Shown: one piece after another, positions 1 through 10,141 of the stretch
How positions within the stretch are numbered: the first letter of the stretch is position 1
Layout: each line of letters opens with the position of its first letter
Assembly (NCBI GenBank): GCA_963729625.1
Contig: CAVSOU010000010.1
Span: 224,001-288,000, forward strand
DNA length: 64,000 nt
DNA from: an uncultured bacterium
GTDB lineage: Bacteria > Chloroflexota > UBA5177 > JANWHV01
Reading direction: 5' to 3'
Notes under the pieces: generated by a model
Told to the model about the DNA's origin: nothing
The model's database searches: none
Seen by the model: only the letters and a program-made list of their open reading frames with translations
Program-made: the position numbers and the translations under genes

Positions 1-222
1 CCGGGCTTTCTGGCACGCGTTCGATCGCTGACCGCGGTACCATTGGTTGTTGGGTTCGGCATCTCGAGGCCCGAACATCTCGCGCGGCTGCGCGGAGTGG
101 CCGACGGAGCGGTCGTAGCCAGCGCGCTGGTCGACCTAATCGACAACACACGGGAGCAGGAGAGGGATACTGCAATCGCCGCATTCGTGAGGGAGTTGCA
201 CGCGTCATGCTCCGCTTCCTGA
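1..222 (+). CDS. trpA: Tryptophan synthase alpha subunit, 3' part (truncated by window edge)
   Basis: Frame 1 reads ...VPLVVGFGISRPEHLARLRGVADGAVVASALVDLI..., the TrpA C-terminal motifs; TGA at 220-222 overlaps the aroC start. Confidence 0.9.
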   Translation, partial: PGFLARVRSLTAVPLVVGFGISRPEHLARLRGVADGAVVASALVDLIDNTREQERDTAIAAFVRELHASCSAS

Positions 223-1463
223 CCGCTGGAGAGTCGCACGGCCCGCAGCTGACAGTTATCGTCGACGGCTACCCTGCCGGTGTGCCCATTGACGCAGCGT
301 ATATCGACGGTCATCTTGCGCGGAGACAGCAGGGTCACGGGCGAAGCGAACGGCAAAAGATGGAGCGCGACCGCGCCGCGATCGTTGGTGGCGTCCGCGG
401 TGGGCTCAGCCTGGGCGGCCCAATCGCCGTGACCATCAACAACCTTGTCTGGAAGGACTGGCAGACGCGCATGTCGGTCACCCCGGCGGACCTGGGTGAC
501 CAGGTCACGCGGCTTCGTCCCGGACATGCCGATCTTGCAGGCTCGCTGAAATACGGGCACAGCGATGTGCGGAACGTGCTCGAGCGCGCGAGCGCGCGCG
601 AGACCGCCGCACGCGTAGCGGTAGGTGCGCTGGCAGGCCTGTTGCTGGATCAGTTCGGCATCGTCGTGTACTGCCACACCCTCTCGATCGGCCCCGTGGC
701 GGCGCCTGTCTTGCCGGAGCGATACCAGGTAGGCGTGCCTGGACACACGCCGAGCAGCGAGTGGCAGAGTCTGTGGGATGCAGTCGAGGAATCGCCGGTA
801 CGGTGTGCCGACCCGGAATGCGGACGTCGTATGGTTGACATAATTGACGAGGCCAAAGCGGGCGGATTCACGTGGGGAGGGGTGGCTCAGGTCGTGGCGT
901 ACAACGTGCCGGTCGGCCTCGGCAGTCACACGCAGTGGGACCGCCGTCTGGACACCGCACTGGCGGCCGCGCTGATGAGCATTCCGTCGGTAAAAGGGGT
1001 GGAAATCGGCACCGGCTTCGCGTCCGCCGCAAGTCCCGGCAACCAGGTGCACGACGTGATCCGGCATGGCGGACCCGCGGGCTGGACACATCTCTCCAAC
1101 CGGGCGGGAGGTGTTGAAGGCGGCATCAGCAACGGAGAGCCGGTGATCGTGCAGGCTGCATTCAAGCCGATAGCCACGATGCGCCATGCGCTTCCGTCCG
1201 CCGATCTCAGGACGGGCCAGGACGTGACCGCGCACTATGAGCGCTCGGACACGTGCGTGGTGCCCGCGGGCGCCGTAGTTGCCGAAGCAATGGTGCGATG
1301 GGTGCTCGCCTGCACCCTGCAAGAAAAATGCGGAGGAGATTCGCTGAAGGAAATGCGACGCAACTACAAGGGATTCATCGACGAGCAGCGAGAAAGAGTT
1401 CCAGTCGAACAGGTTCGCGACGGAAACCAGCAGTCGGGAGGCAGCGGTGCAGAGCGTCTTTAG
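207..1463 (+). CDS. aroC: Chorismate synthase
   Basis: MLRFLTAGESHG, RPGHAD, LERASARETAARVA, NRAGGVEGG, ERSDTC motifs. Confidence 0.97.
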   Translation: MLRFLTAGESHGPQLTVIVDGYPAGVPIDAAYIDGHLARRQQGHGRSERQKMERDRAAIVGGVRGGLSLGGPIAVTINNLVWKDWQTRMSVTPADLGDQVTRLRPGHADLAGSLKYGHSDVRNVLERASARETAARVAVGALAGLLLDQFGIVVYCHTLSIGPVAAPVLPERYQVGVPGHTPSSEWQSLWDAVEESPVRCADPECGRRMVDIIDEAKAGGFTWGGVAQVVAYNVPVGLGSHTQWDRRLDTALAAALMSIPSVKGVEIGTGFASAASPGNQVHDVIRHGGPAGWTHLSNRAGGVEGGISNGEPVIVQAAFKPIATMRHALPSADLRTGQDVTAHYERSDTCVVPAGAVVAEAMVRWVLACTLQEKCGGDSLKEMRRNYKGFIDEQRERVPVEQVRDGNQQSGGSGAERL

Positions 1464-2430
1464 CGGCATCCAGCCAACCGGTCAATTGCATCTCGGCATA
1501 TATTACGGCGCGATGAAAAACTGGGTGCAATTGCAGGACAGCTATGACTGCATTTACTGCATCGTGGACCAGCACGCGCAAACCATCGAGTACGATCCCT
1601 CCACGATGCAGCAGCGTATTCTCGACGCGGCCTGCCTGTATCTGGCCAGCGGACTGGACCCTGCGAAATGTGTGCTGTTCGTGCAATCGCACGTCAAGGA
1701 GCATACCGAGCTGGCGTGGTACCTGGGAACAATCGCGTCGCTTGGTCAGCTCGAGCGGATGACGCAGTTCAAGGACAAAGCGGAGCAGCATGGATCCGCG
1801 AACCTTGGCTTGCTCGCCTACCCCGTGCTCATGGCAGCGGATATCTTGCTGTACAGGGCGGCATTCGTACCAGTTGGCGAGGATCAAACGCAGCACCTCG
1901 AGCTGACCCGAGATCTCGCCGAGCGATTCAACTCGCGGTTCGGCGACGTGTTCGTAGAGCCCCGGATTCTGCTCACGAGAGGAAAGCGGATCATCGGCCT
2001 TGACAACCAGGGCAAGATGAGCAAAACGAAGCCGGACCATACCAGCATCGCCATGATCGACCCGCCCGATGTTGTGTGGCAGAAGATTCGACCGTCGGTC
2101 ACGGACCCCGCGCGAGTGCGGCGAACCGACCCCGGCGATCCGAACAAGTGTCCGATCGGCCTCCTGCATTATGCGCTGTCGAGCGCCGAGGACATCGCCT
2201 GGGTTGAGCATGGCTGTACGACGGCCTCCATCGGCTGTATCGACTGCAAGAAGCGATTGGCCCAGAATATCGACAACGAGATGGGACCGATCAGGCGGCG
2301 CTACGAGGAGCTGCAGGCAACACCGGACCTTGTGCGGGACATCTTGCGTGACGGTGCCGATCGTGCGCGCGCCATCGCGTCGTCGGTCATGGAAGACGTG
2401 CGAGCCAGCATGGGTATGAAGCCGTTGTAG
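1447..2430 (+). CDS. trpS: Tryptophan--tRNA ligase
   Basis: [37 protein letters not shown]. Confidence 0.96.
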   Translation: MQSVFSGIQPTGQLHLGIYYGAMKNWVQLQDSYDCIYCIVDQHAQTIEYDPSTMQQRILDAACLYLASGLDPAKCVLFVQSHVKEHTELAWYLGTIASLGQLERMTQFKDKAEQHGSANLGLLAYPVLMAADILLYRAAFVPVGEDQTQHLELTRDLAERFNSRFGDVFVEPRILLTRGKRIIGLDNQGKMSKTKPDHTSIAMIDPPDVVWQKIRPSVTDPARVRRTDPGDPNKCPIGLLHYALSSAEDIAWVEHGCTTASIGCIDCKKRLAQNIDNEMGPIRRRYEELQATPDLVRDILRDGADRARAIASSVMEDVRASMGMKPL

Positions 2431-2449
2431 CGGTCCATAGCGCGAGGAA

Positions 2450-2478
2450 TTGCCTGCGGGCGTCGACGGTGGTAGTAT
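2450..2478 (+). promoter_or_regulatory. Sigma70-type promoter of tRNA-Pro
   Basis: TTGCCT (2450-55), 17 bp, TAGTAT (2473-78) with TG extension, 8 nt before the tRNA. Confidence 0.65.
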
Positions 2479-2486
2479 AACGGGCA

Positions 2487-2563
<77 letters not shown>

Positions 2564-2577
2564 GGGTTTCAAGGGTA

Positions 2578-2603
2578 AATGCCGGTCCAGACGGGCCGGC
2601 ATT
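2578..2603 (+). terminator. Hairpin downstream of tRNA-Pro
   Basis: AATGCCGGTCC-AGAC-GGGCCGGCATT; weak U-tail. Confidence 0.5.
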
Positions 2604-2759
2604 CGTGCGTATTGGCTGGAGAGTTGGAGAATTGGCGGATAGTAGCCCGCCGCCTGCGTGCGCGGGCATGGCATCTGAGTGGGCCGGGGTTCGACCGCGT
2701 TCCTGTCCAGTCGTGTCTAGGTCACGGCGCTCTCGTACCAGTTGGGAGTGTCTCGCGCC

Positions 2760-2804
2760 TTGACAGTCATGGAAAAGCTACATATAATGTAACTAAACCA
2801 TGAC
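2760..2804 (+). promoter_or_regulatory. Consensus sigma70 promoter overlapped by an inverted-repeat operator (abiE autoregulation)
   Basis: TTGACA (2760-65), 17 bp, TATAAT (2783-88); imperfect palindrome GTCATGG...TACAT-ata-ATGTA...CCATGAC at 2766-2804. Confidence 0.85.
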
Positions 2805-2831
2805 ATATTGAGGAATGTGCAGAGGGCGCAC

Positions 2832-3497
2832 GTGCAGGACACCACCAGGACAGAGGATAGCGGGACCGCGCCACGACCCGACCACCGTAGTCTGTGGTAC
2901 ATTGCCGCGGATCAGGGCGGGTATTTCACCGCGGACCAGGCGCAATCCTGCCACATCAGCCGGCGGATGCTCACCCACCACGCGCGCACCGGCCGCTACG
3001 AGCGGATCCGTCACGGTCTATATCGGCTGCGCGACTTCCCACCATCAGCGCATGAAGACGTGCTGGCGGGCTGGCTCGGGGTCGGTGCGGACCGGGGTGT
3101 CGTCTCGCATGAGAGCGCGCTCGCGCTCTACGACCTGACGGACGTGATCCCGAGCGCGGTGCATGTCACGGTGCCGCGCGCGCGGCGCTGGCTCGTGCCA
3201 CGCGAGGGCGTCGTCCTGCACACAATGACACAGCCACTGGCCGCGGACGACGTGGCGTGGCAAGACGGCATACGCCTCACGGCACCGGCGCGCACGCTTT
3301 TCGATGTCGCCGAGAGCGGGACAGCGCCCGAGCAGGTGATGCGGGGCGTCCGCACGGCCCTCGCGCGCGGCCTCGTCGTCGCCGATCAGCTGCGCTCGGC
3401 GCGCGACCGCTCCTCTCCCGGCGCGCGTCTGATCGCGCGCGCACTCGATGAGAGTGTCGCTCCTGACAGAGGCACCGAGGGGCAGCGTCCCATATGA
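2832..3497 (+). CDS. Type IV TA antitoxin, AbiEi family
   Basis: QGGYFT..QA, ERIRHGLYRL, VSHESALALYDL, VHVTVP, T.PARTLFD. Start uncertain: GTG 2832 has an AGAGGG RBS; TTG 2808 is the alternative. Confidence 0.9.
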   Translation: MQDTTRTEDSGTAPRPDHRSLWYIAADQGGYFTADQAQSCHISRRMLTHHARTGRYERIRHGLYRLRDFPPSAHEDVLAGWLGVGADRGVVSHESALALYDLTDVIPSAVHVTVPRARRWLVPREGVVLHTMTQPLAADDVAWQDGIRLTAPARTLFDVAESGTAPEQVMRGVRTALARGLVVADQLRSARDRSSPGARLIARALDESVAPDRGTEGQRPI

Positions 3498-4411
3498 GGT
3501 ACCGCAGCGGTAGCCACTTCCGCGACGCGATCGAGGCCCACGTGCGCGCTCTGTCACAGGTGAGGCAGCGCACGCCGGAACGTCTCCGCAAGGAGATCAC
3601 GTTCGATCGGCTGCTTGCGCGGCTCCTGCACGTCGCGCCGGACCGCTGGGTGCTCAAAGGCGGCTTGGCCCTCGACCATCGGCTGGGAGACCGGGCACGT
3701 ACTACCAAGGACATGGACCTCGGCCGGCGCGACGACGTCGACGCCTCGACGAGCGACCTGCAGCGGGCCGCGGCCTTGGATCTGGGCGACTACTTCTCCT
3801 TCACAATTCGCCTGTCGAACGAGTTGCCGGATCTGCTTGAGGAGGGCGTTGCCGCCCGCTACCACGCTGCCGCAAGCCTGGGCGGCCGCATCTTCGAGAC
3901 CGTGGTCGTTGACGTCGGCTTCGACGCGCCCGCCCCGGAGCAGGTCGATCTTGTCCCTGGGCGTAATCTCCTCGCGTTCGCCGGTATCGCCGCCGTTCCG
4001 ATCCCGACGCTGCCGCTACCCCTGCATGTGGCCGAAAAGCTGCATGCGTATACCCGCGTCTACGGGGATGGCCGGCATGCGTCGACCCGGGTCAAGGATC
4101 TGGTCGATCTCGTGCTCATCGCGACATCCAGTACGCTCCGGGCAGGAGACCTCGCCGATGCGCTCACGCGAACATTCACCCGACGGGACACGCACCCGCT
4201 TCCGGAGGCTCTCCCCAAACCCCCTGGTGACTATTGGCCTCCGGCCTATGCCACGATGGCAGGGCGCGTTGGCCTGGACCCCTCGATCGATGCCGGACAC
4301 GCCGTGGCGGCAGCGCTGTTGGACCCAGTCTTGTCCGATAGCTGTGCAAGAGTCCTGGTGTGGCATCGTGACGCTGGCCGGTGGATGACGCCGGACGAGA
4401 GCGCAACCTAA
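3494..4411 (+). CDS. Type IV TA toxin, AbiEii/AbiGii nucleotidyltransferase
   Basis: WVLKGGLAL..RTTKDMD, AEKLHA, STRVKDLVDL; ATGA overlap with the antitoxin. Confidence 0.92.
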   Translation: MRYRSGSHFRDAIEAHVRALSQVRQRTPERLRKEITFDRLLARLLHVAPDRWVLKGGLALDHRLGDRARTTKDMDLGRRDDVDASTSDLQRAAALDLGDYFSFTIRLSNELPDLLEEGVAARYHAAASLGGRIFETVVVDVGFDAPAPEQVDLVPGRNLLAFAGIAAVPIPTLPLPLHVAEKLHAYTRVYGDGRHASTRVKDLVDLVLIATSSTLRAGDLADALTRTFTRRDTHPLPEALPKPPGDYWPPAYATMAGRVGLDPSIDAGHAVAAALLDPVLSDSCARVLVWHRDAGRWMTPDESAT

Positions 4412-4498
4412 CGACCTTGTCCTGGGGATCGCCCGACTCCCACCACTGCCCGTGGCGATCCGCATCTACCGGAGGGCGGCGCCGATCGGCACCATGTT

Positions 4499-4810
4499 GA
4501 GGAGGCGCTCGGGCTCGGATCAGGCCAAGACGCCTATCGTCTCGCCATCGCGGTAGCGCTCTCGAAGAATCTTCTGCCAACTCCAGAGGGAGTGCGGCGC
4601 ACAACGGCCTACAACGTCCATGGTGTCGATCCCGATGGAACTTTGAAGGCGGCCGTGCTCGCTCTACGGGGCGACCATCATGATCGGCCTTACGCGCTGA
4701 TCGAGCGACTGGCCGAAGCGGGGCTTCGCGATCTTGCGGGCTACCTTGATCAAGGGCTGCCACTGAGGAAGTATTTGGCTGCGCTCGTACCTCAGGCCGA
4801 TGGAGATTAG
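4499..4810 (+). pseudogene. 5'-truncated remnant of a small protein, possibly DndE-like/dnd-associated
   Basis: Open frame EEALGLGSGQDAYRLAIAVAL...YNVHGVDPDGTL...IERLAEAGL with no start codon between the abiEii stop and residue ~30 of the remnant; family resemblance from memory only. Confidence 0.4.
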
Positions 4811-4888
4811 GACTGTTCGAGCTGGCTTCCACACCGTGTTTTGGCAAGGTAGTAAGCTGACGAGTCCGATGTCGGTGATTGTGCCGGC

Positions 4889-5119
4889 AGCTTCTTGTGG
4901 GGACCGGATAAGTGCACGGGACGGGTGCTGATCCTGGTTGGCTATTCGACCAGCGACGTCCAGCATGCGCACAAGTATCACGTCCACGCCACGGTGTCCG
5001 CCATAGAACGCTGCCAGTACTGCGTGGGCTACGAGAATAACCTGCCCATCTACGTCCTGACCAAGCCGGCCGGCCTGGCCTTCGCGAAGCTATGGGGATC
5101 GCTCAAGTACTTTGACTGA
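4889..5119 (+). pseudogene. C-terminal fragment of a GT39/ArnT-like membrane glycosyltransferase
   Basis: LWGP..CTGRVLILVGY...ENNLPIYV...LWGSLKYFD resembles the C-terminus of that family; upstream part absent (in-frame TAA at 4853). Confidence 0.5.
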
Positions 5120-5242
5120 GCGCTCCGACGCTGCCGTGCCTCGCTTTTGCCCGCCCACTTTGGTTATCTGGCTTCTCCTCAGTCGAGCATGCGCCAGTAC
5201 GTCCGATCTCACTCGTCACGTACGGCTGCGGGACGTTCCACC

Positions 5243-6412
5243 CTAATGGATTGTGTCTCCGAGCCGGCTCTCGTCGATTGACACGCCGAGGCCGGGTCCG
5301 ATCGGCACCGGCAGACAGCCGTCCTCAAGCGGCAAGGCAAGCCGGGTGTCGTCGGGCGGAAGCAGCAGATTCGGATGAAGGGCAAGTTCGGTGAACTCAA
5401 CGGCGCCGGAGACCGCGACGGACGAGGCCGCGAGGTGAAGCTTCGCGGCGCCCTCAAGCCCCAGCCCCCACGCGGTGCCGAGGACGCAGCCGACTCCGGC
5501 TGCCTCCGCGATGGCGATGATCTTCCGCGCGTTGGCGAGACCACCGGCCTTGCCGAGCTTCACGTTGAGGACATCTGCCGCCCCGCAGCGTACGATCTCG
5601 AAGGCGTCCTGCGGCGTATAGCAACTTTCGTCAGCCTCAATCAGGGTGTCGACGCGACTCCGGACGTACGCCATGCCGCGAAGATCCCATGCGGGCACAG
5701 GTTGCTCCAGCAGTTCCAGCCCAACCCCGAGCCTCTCCGCGACCTTGCAGAGCGTCACTCCTTCCTTTGGCGTGTAGCCCTGGTTTGCGTCGGCGCGGAG
5801 CGAGATATCGGGACCGACCGCGTCACGAATGACCTTTAGCGCGTGCGCGTCCTGGACCGGATCGCCGCCTATCTTTGCTTTGAAGGCGCGGACGCCGAGA
5901 GCCATAAGACGCACGCATTCGTCAGCCATCTGCTGCCCCGGCCCGGCCGCGATCTCGATTGCCACCAGCACACGTGTGCGCTCGGTGCCGCCAAGCAGGG
6001 CGCTGACGGAAACGCCGCGGGCACGGCCAATCAGGTCGTGCAGCGCGAGGTCGATCCCGCTGATGGCGCAGGACTGGCCACGGTAGTCGATCACGTGCAG
6101 AAGTTCGTCTCGGTGGAACGGGTCCCGCCCGACGAGCTGGGGGCCAAGATAGTCGCGGATCGCGGCGGCCACGCCTTCGACCGTGTTCCCGAAGAACCCG
6201 ATGTCGGCCTGCGCTTCGCCAAAACCCACGTGGCCGTCGTCCGTCTCGATACGCACGACGACGTACTCGAGAAGCGGTCCGGGTCGCTTCGGGGTGATGC
6301 GGCTGCGGCGGCCGTGCCAGTGAATCTTCGTTCCGTACCCGGCTGTGGCGTAGGGCGCCGATGGGATCGGGAGCACTACCTCTTGCGCGGTCACCTGCGT
6401 GATGCGCGTCAT
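5243..6412 (-). CDS. Enolase superfamily (mandelate racemase/muconate lactonizing enzyme) protein
   Basis: KAK, DANQG, EQP, DES and NVK motifs; ATG 6412 overlaps the upstream stop (ATGA). Confidence 0.9.
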   Translation of the reverse strand: MTRITQVTAQEVVLPIPSAPYATAGYGTKIHWHGRRSRITPKRPGPLLEYVVVRIETDDGHVGFGEAQADIGFFGNTVEGVAAAIRDYLGPQLVGRDPFHRDELLHVIDYRGQSCAISGIDLALHDLIGRARGVSVSALLGGTERTRVLVAIEIAAGPGQQMADECVRLMALGVRAFKAKIGGDPVQDAHALKVIRDAVGPDISLRADANQGYTPKEGVTLCKVAERLGVGLELLEQPVPAWDLRGMAYVRSRVDTLIEADESCYTPQDAFEIVRCGAADVLNVKLGKAGGLANARKIIAIAEAAGVGCVLGTAWGLGLEGAAKLHLAASSVAVSGAVEFTELALHPNLLLPPDDTRLALPLEDGCLPVPIGPGLGVSIDESRLGDTIH

Positions 6413-7434
6413 GGTTCGACCTTGAGGCGATGGGCGTTCTCGGCGAAAGCAACGAGAAGCGCACAGGTGGCGTCGAGATCCCGTGCCGCGCAAATCTGCA
6501 CCGTTGAGTGCATGTAGCGCACAGGCGCGCCGACTGTCGTGACGAGGGCCCCTCGGCCCGTGCGCTGCAATGCAGACGCGTCCGTGCCGCCGCCAATGTT
6601 GCGCTGTATCGGGATCCCTCGCTCCGACGCGACAGCAAGGAGCAGGTCGATGACCTGCCGATTGCCGATCGTAAGGCGATCCATCATGTAGATGCCGGCG
6701 CCCTCGCCCAGACTGCATGTCTGCTCCTGCGGCTTCGAATACGCACTCTGGCACAGGCTGCCGTCGATGGCCAGCCCGATCTGCGCCTCGATAGCGGCGG
6801 CGGCGACAGTAGCGCCGCGCACGCCCACCTCCTCCTGCACGGTGCTGACGGCATAGACATCCACGGCCGTGTCGCCAAGCTCGGTCATCGCCTGCAGCAG
6901 GCAATAGAGTCCGACCCGGTCGTCGAAGTTCCGGCCCATGTAGATCCCGTCCCGAAGCTCGACGAACTCTTGCGCGTACGTTATCGGGTCTCCAGGACGG
7001 ACCAGGCGCTTGACTTCGTCGACTGGCAGCCCGAGGTCGATACGGAGGCTGTTCAGTGCGGGCGTCGACTCGGGCTCGTCCATCTTCGGCGCGACGACGC
7101 CGTGCACGGGCTCAACGCCGTGCACGACCACGTGCTGCGAGACCGTTGAAGGCGCGTGGATCCCGCCGATAGCGTCGAAATACACGTATCCGTGGTCGTC
7201 GACGTATCTGACCATCAGTCCAATTTCGTCCGCGTGCGCCATCAAGGCGAGGCGAAGCGGTTGGTCTTTGGACGCACGCGTCGCCTTCTTCACGCCGATA
7301 ATATTGCCCAGCCGGTCTCGTTTGACTTCGTCGCAGGTCAGTCTGAGGCTTTCCGCCGCGATCTCCTGAACGGGCTCCTCGAACCCCGACGGGCCCGTCG
7401 CGTTTGCCAGTGCCCTGAGTAACTCAACGTTCAT
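6409..7434 (-). CDS. M42 family metallo-aminopeptidase
   Basis: GPSGFE, AHADEIG, FDDRVG, TVQEEVG, GGTDA, RYMHS. Confidence 0.93.
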   Translation of the reverse strand: MNVELLRALANATGPSGFEEPVQEIAAESLRLTCDEVKRDRLGNIIGVKKATRASKDQPLRLALMAHADEIGLMVRYVDDHGYVYFDAIGGIHAPSTVSQHVVVHGVEPVHGVVAPKMDEPESTPALNSLRIDLGLPVDEVKRLVRPGDPITYAQEFVELRDGIYMGRNFDDRVGLYCLLQAMTELGDTAVDVYAVSTVQEEVGVRGATVAAAAIEAQIGLAIDGSLCQSAYSKPQEQTCSLGEGAGIYMMDRLTIGNRQVIDLLLAVASERGIPIQRNIGGGTDASALQRTGRGALVTTVGAPVRYMHSTVQICAARDLDATCALLVAFAENAHRLKVEP

Positions 7435-9284
7435 ATCGCTCCTACTCTCGTTTCTGATGACTTGCGCAAGCTCGCCGGCACGGACGCGATGAGGCGCACC
7501 GTATACTCGTGTGCCGGCCGCTCGAGAACGTCTGTGATATCGCCCTCCTCGACTATCAGGCCTCGGTAACACACGTAGACGCGGTCGACGACTTGTCGGA
7601 CAACCGCGAGGTCGTGCGTGATGAAGAGGTAGCTAAGCCCGAGCTGCTCGCGCAGCTCCGCGAGCAGATTCAGCACCTGCGCCTGCACTGAGACGTCGAG
7701 GGCGGAGACGGGCTCATCGAAGACGATCAGCTTCGGCTCGACCGCGAGCGCTCTCGCGATCGCGACCCGCTGGCGCTCGCCGCCGGAAAGTGTTGAAGGT
7801 AGGCGCCGCGCATACGACTCCGGAAGACCGACCTGGCGCAGTAGCTCGCGCACCCGAGCGTCCGTCGCGCTGCGCGCGCAGCCGTTCGCCCGTAGCACCT
7901 CGGCAAGCGCCTTCCCGGCCGGTTGCTTCGGGTCGAGCGACGAGTACGGGTCCTGAAAGACGATCTGCACCATCTTCCGGAGTTCACGCCCCCTCTTGAA
8001 GCCTGTCGCTGCGTTGCATTCTCCGAGCCCATCGACACGGATTGAGCCCGTCGTCGGGCGCTCGAGACCGACGAGGCATCTGCCGAGCGTCGTCTTCCCG
8101 GAGCCGGACTCTCCGACGAGGCCGACGCTCTCTCCCCGGTCGATCCTGACTGACACGCCGCGGAGCGCGTGCACCTGGTGGGAGCTTCGACCGCCCGCGA
8201 ACACCTTCGTCAGCCCCTCGATCGCGACGAGCGGTCGCGGTCGCTCCTCGGCCTGGGGGGCAGGGGGGCGCCCGAGGAGCAGCGCATCGAGCGCGTCTGA
8301 GATCTCTTCGGCAATCTCCGGGACGCGCGCGCACGCCGACCGTCGCTGAGGCCCGACGCTGACGAGCGGCGGCGTGCCGTCGCGGCAGCGGTCTGTCACC
8401 CACCTGCACCGGGGCGCGAACACGCAGGTGCCGATGACATCGTCGGGTTCCGGCACGCTGCCCTCGATCACGGGTAGCTGTGCGAGCGTGCGGTCGACGG
8501 GTGGGTCGGATGTGAGCAGCCCGAGCGAATACGGATGAAGAGGTCGACGTTCGAGCTCTCCCGCGGGAGCGGTCTCGACGACTGTCCCCGCGTAGAGGAC
8601 GTAGACGCGCGAGCAGACCGAAAAGGCTACGCGGAGGTCGTGGGTGATCAGAATCAGACCCATGCCGCGAGCCTCCTGAAGCGAGCGAAGCAACGCAAGG
8701 ATCTGCGCCTGCGTCGTCACATCGAGCGCGGTCGATGGCTCATCGGCGATCAGCAACTCAGGGTCGCGTGCGAGTGCGGCAGCGATTGCAACGCGCTGGC
8801 GCATCCCGCCGGACAGCTGGAACGGGTAGCGGTGCGCGACGTCGGGTTCGTCGATGCCCACCTCGGCGAGACGGCGTGCCGCCTCAACGCGGTATGAGCC
8901 CCAGCGTTGGCGGCGTTTCGACCCGAGCACGAGCCCCTCGATGATATGGTCGCCGACCCGCAGGAGGGGATTCAGCATGGTGAATGGGTCTTGGTAGATG
9001 AGCCCGATTCCGCCACCGCGGATCCGGTCCATGTCGCGTTTCGATGCAGTCATCAGGTCTGCGCCCTGGAACGAGATCTTGCCGGTGGCGGTGACGCCCG
9101 CTGGAAGCAGTCGCATAACTGCTTTCGCGAACATGGACTTGCCACTGCCGGATTCGCCGACAATGCCTACGGTCTCGCCCTGCGCGAGCTCCAGGTCGAC
9201 ACCCGACAGGATTGTGCGAAAGCCGCCTTCCGTGGGTCGTCTGATGCGGACATCGCGCGCGACGAGGAGTGGATCGGTGCTCAT
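7431..9284 (-). CDS. Peptide ABC transporter ATP-binding protein, fused DppD/F
   Basis: Two GESGSGK Walker A motifs, LSGGMRQR and LSGGERQR signatures, oligo_HPY segment with CxFAPRC. Confidence 0.95.
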   Translation of the reverse strand: MSTDPLLVARDVRIRRPTEGGFRTILSGVDLELAQGETVGIVGESGSGKSMFAKAVMRLLPAGVTATGKISFQGADLMTASKRDMDRIRGGGIGLIYQDPFTMLNPLLRVGDHIIEGLVLGSKRRQRWGSYRVEAARRLAEVGIDEPDVAHRYPFQLSGGMRQRVAIAAALARDPELLIADEPSTALDVTTQAQILALLRSLQEARGMGLILITHDLRVAFSVCSRVYVLYAGTVVETAPAGELERRPLHPYSLGLLTSDPPVDRTLAQLPVIEGSVPEPDDVIGTCVFAPRCRWVTDRCRDGTPPLVSVGPQRRSACARVPEIAEEISDALDALLLGRPPAPQAEERPRPLVAIEGLTKVFAGGRSSHQVHALRGVSVRIDRGESVGLVGESGSGKTTLGRCLVGLERPTTGSIRVDGLGECNAATGFKRGRELRKMVQIVFQDPYSSLDPKQPAGKALAEVLRANGCARSATDARVRELLRQVGLPESYARRLPSTLSGGERQRVAIARALAVEPKLIVFDEPVSALDVSVQAQVLNLLAELREQLGLSYLFITHDLAVVRQVVDRVYVCYRGLIVEEGDITDVLERPAHEYTVRLIASVPASLRKSSETRVGAI

Positions 9285-10141
9285 CTTCGGACCGAGGCCT
9301 GCGTGTAGCGCTCGTAGATCCAGTCGCCGATCAAGTTGACCGACGTGGCGAGTAAGACGATCGCCAGTCCCGGTGCAAGCGCGGCCCACGGGTTTTCGAA
9401 CAACACTTGCTGTCCTTCCGTCAACATCAGGCCCCAGTCCGCCGTTCCCGGCTGTGAGCCAAGGCCGAGAAACGAAAGCCCGGCAAGCGCGACGAGGTTT
9501 GAGCCGAAGTCGACGGCGAAATCCGCTAGCAGGATCGGCAGGATGTTCCTGGCGATGTGGAGATACATGATCCTCCACCCCGGTACGCCTGCTACGCGAA
9601 GCGCCTCCACGTACGCGAGGTTGCGCTGACCAAGTGCGCCGCTTCGCACGAGCCGGATGTCGCCCTGTACGTTCAGTAGACACAGCACCGCCACCGCGGT
9701 CCAGTAGCCGCCTTGCACAACGGTCACGACGACGATGGCGATCAGCAGGCCGGGCAAAGCGAAGAAGAAGTCGACGACGCGCATCGTCGCCGTATCGAGC
9801 AGTCCGCCGATATATCCGGCCCCGATGCCGATGAGCCCGGAGATGAGGAAGCCGCTCACGGCGATGATCACGGGACCAACGAGTGCCGGATGAGCGCCTG
9901 CGATGACGCGGCGGAAGACGTCGCGACCCAGCTCGTCGGTTCCAAGCCAGTGGAGACTCGTCGGTGTCGCACCAATCGCGAAGGGATCCGTGTTGCTGAT
10001 CGAGCCAGGGAATACAAAGCCTCCGACGAATGCCGCCAGGACGACGATCGTGGCATAGCCAATACAGAACGCGATGAGGGCTGGAATGCGCCAGCGCGCG
10101 CCGAAGCGTGCGCGGGGCCGCCGCAGCGCAATCGCCATCAC
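9281..10141 (-). CDS. Peptide ABC transporter permease (DppC-like)
   Basis: HWLGTDELGRD, YVEALR EAA loop, LSFLGLG..P..DWG. Confidence 0.94.
   Translation of the reverse strand: MMAIALRRPRARFGARWRIPALIAFCIGYATIVVLAAFVGGFVFPGSISNTDPFAIGATPTSLHWLGTDELGRDVFRRVIAGAHPALVGPVIIAVSGFLISGLIGIGAGYIGGLLDTATMRVVDFFFALPGLLIAIVVVTVVQGGYWTAVAVLCLLNVQGDIRLVRSGALGQRNLAYVEALRVAGVPGWRIMYLHIARNILPILLADFAVDFGSNLVALAGLSFLGLGSQPGTADWGLMLTEGQQVLFENPWAALAPGLAIVLLATSVNLIGDWIYERYTQASVRR

Noticed and set aside
2680-2715. GGTTCGA-containing stretch as an attR copy of the tRNA-Pro 3' end
   Set aside because: Identity is too short, and the CTCGCCCCGACCA end is not duplicated
6413-6904. Extended N-termini in the ORF track (also for 7431, 21157, 42185, 45781, 50821 and others)
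   Set aside because: They overlap upstream genes; downstream starts with an RBS or ATGA coupling fit the protein families
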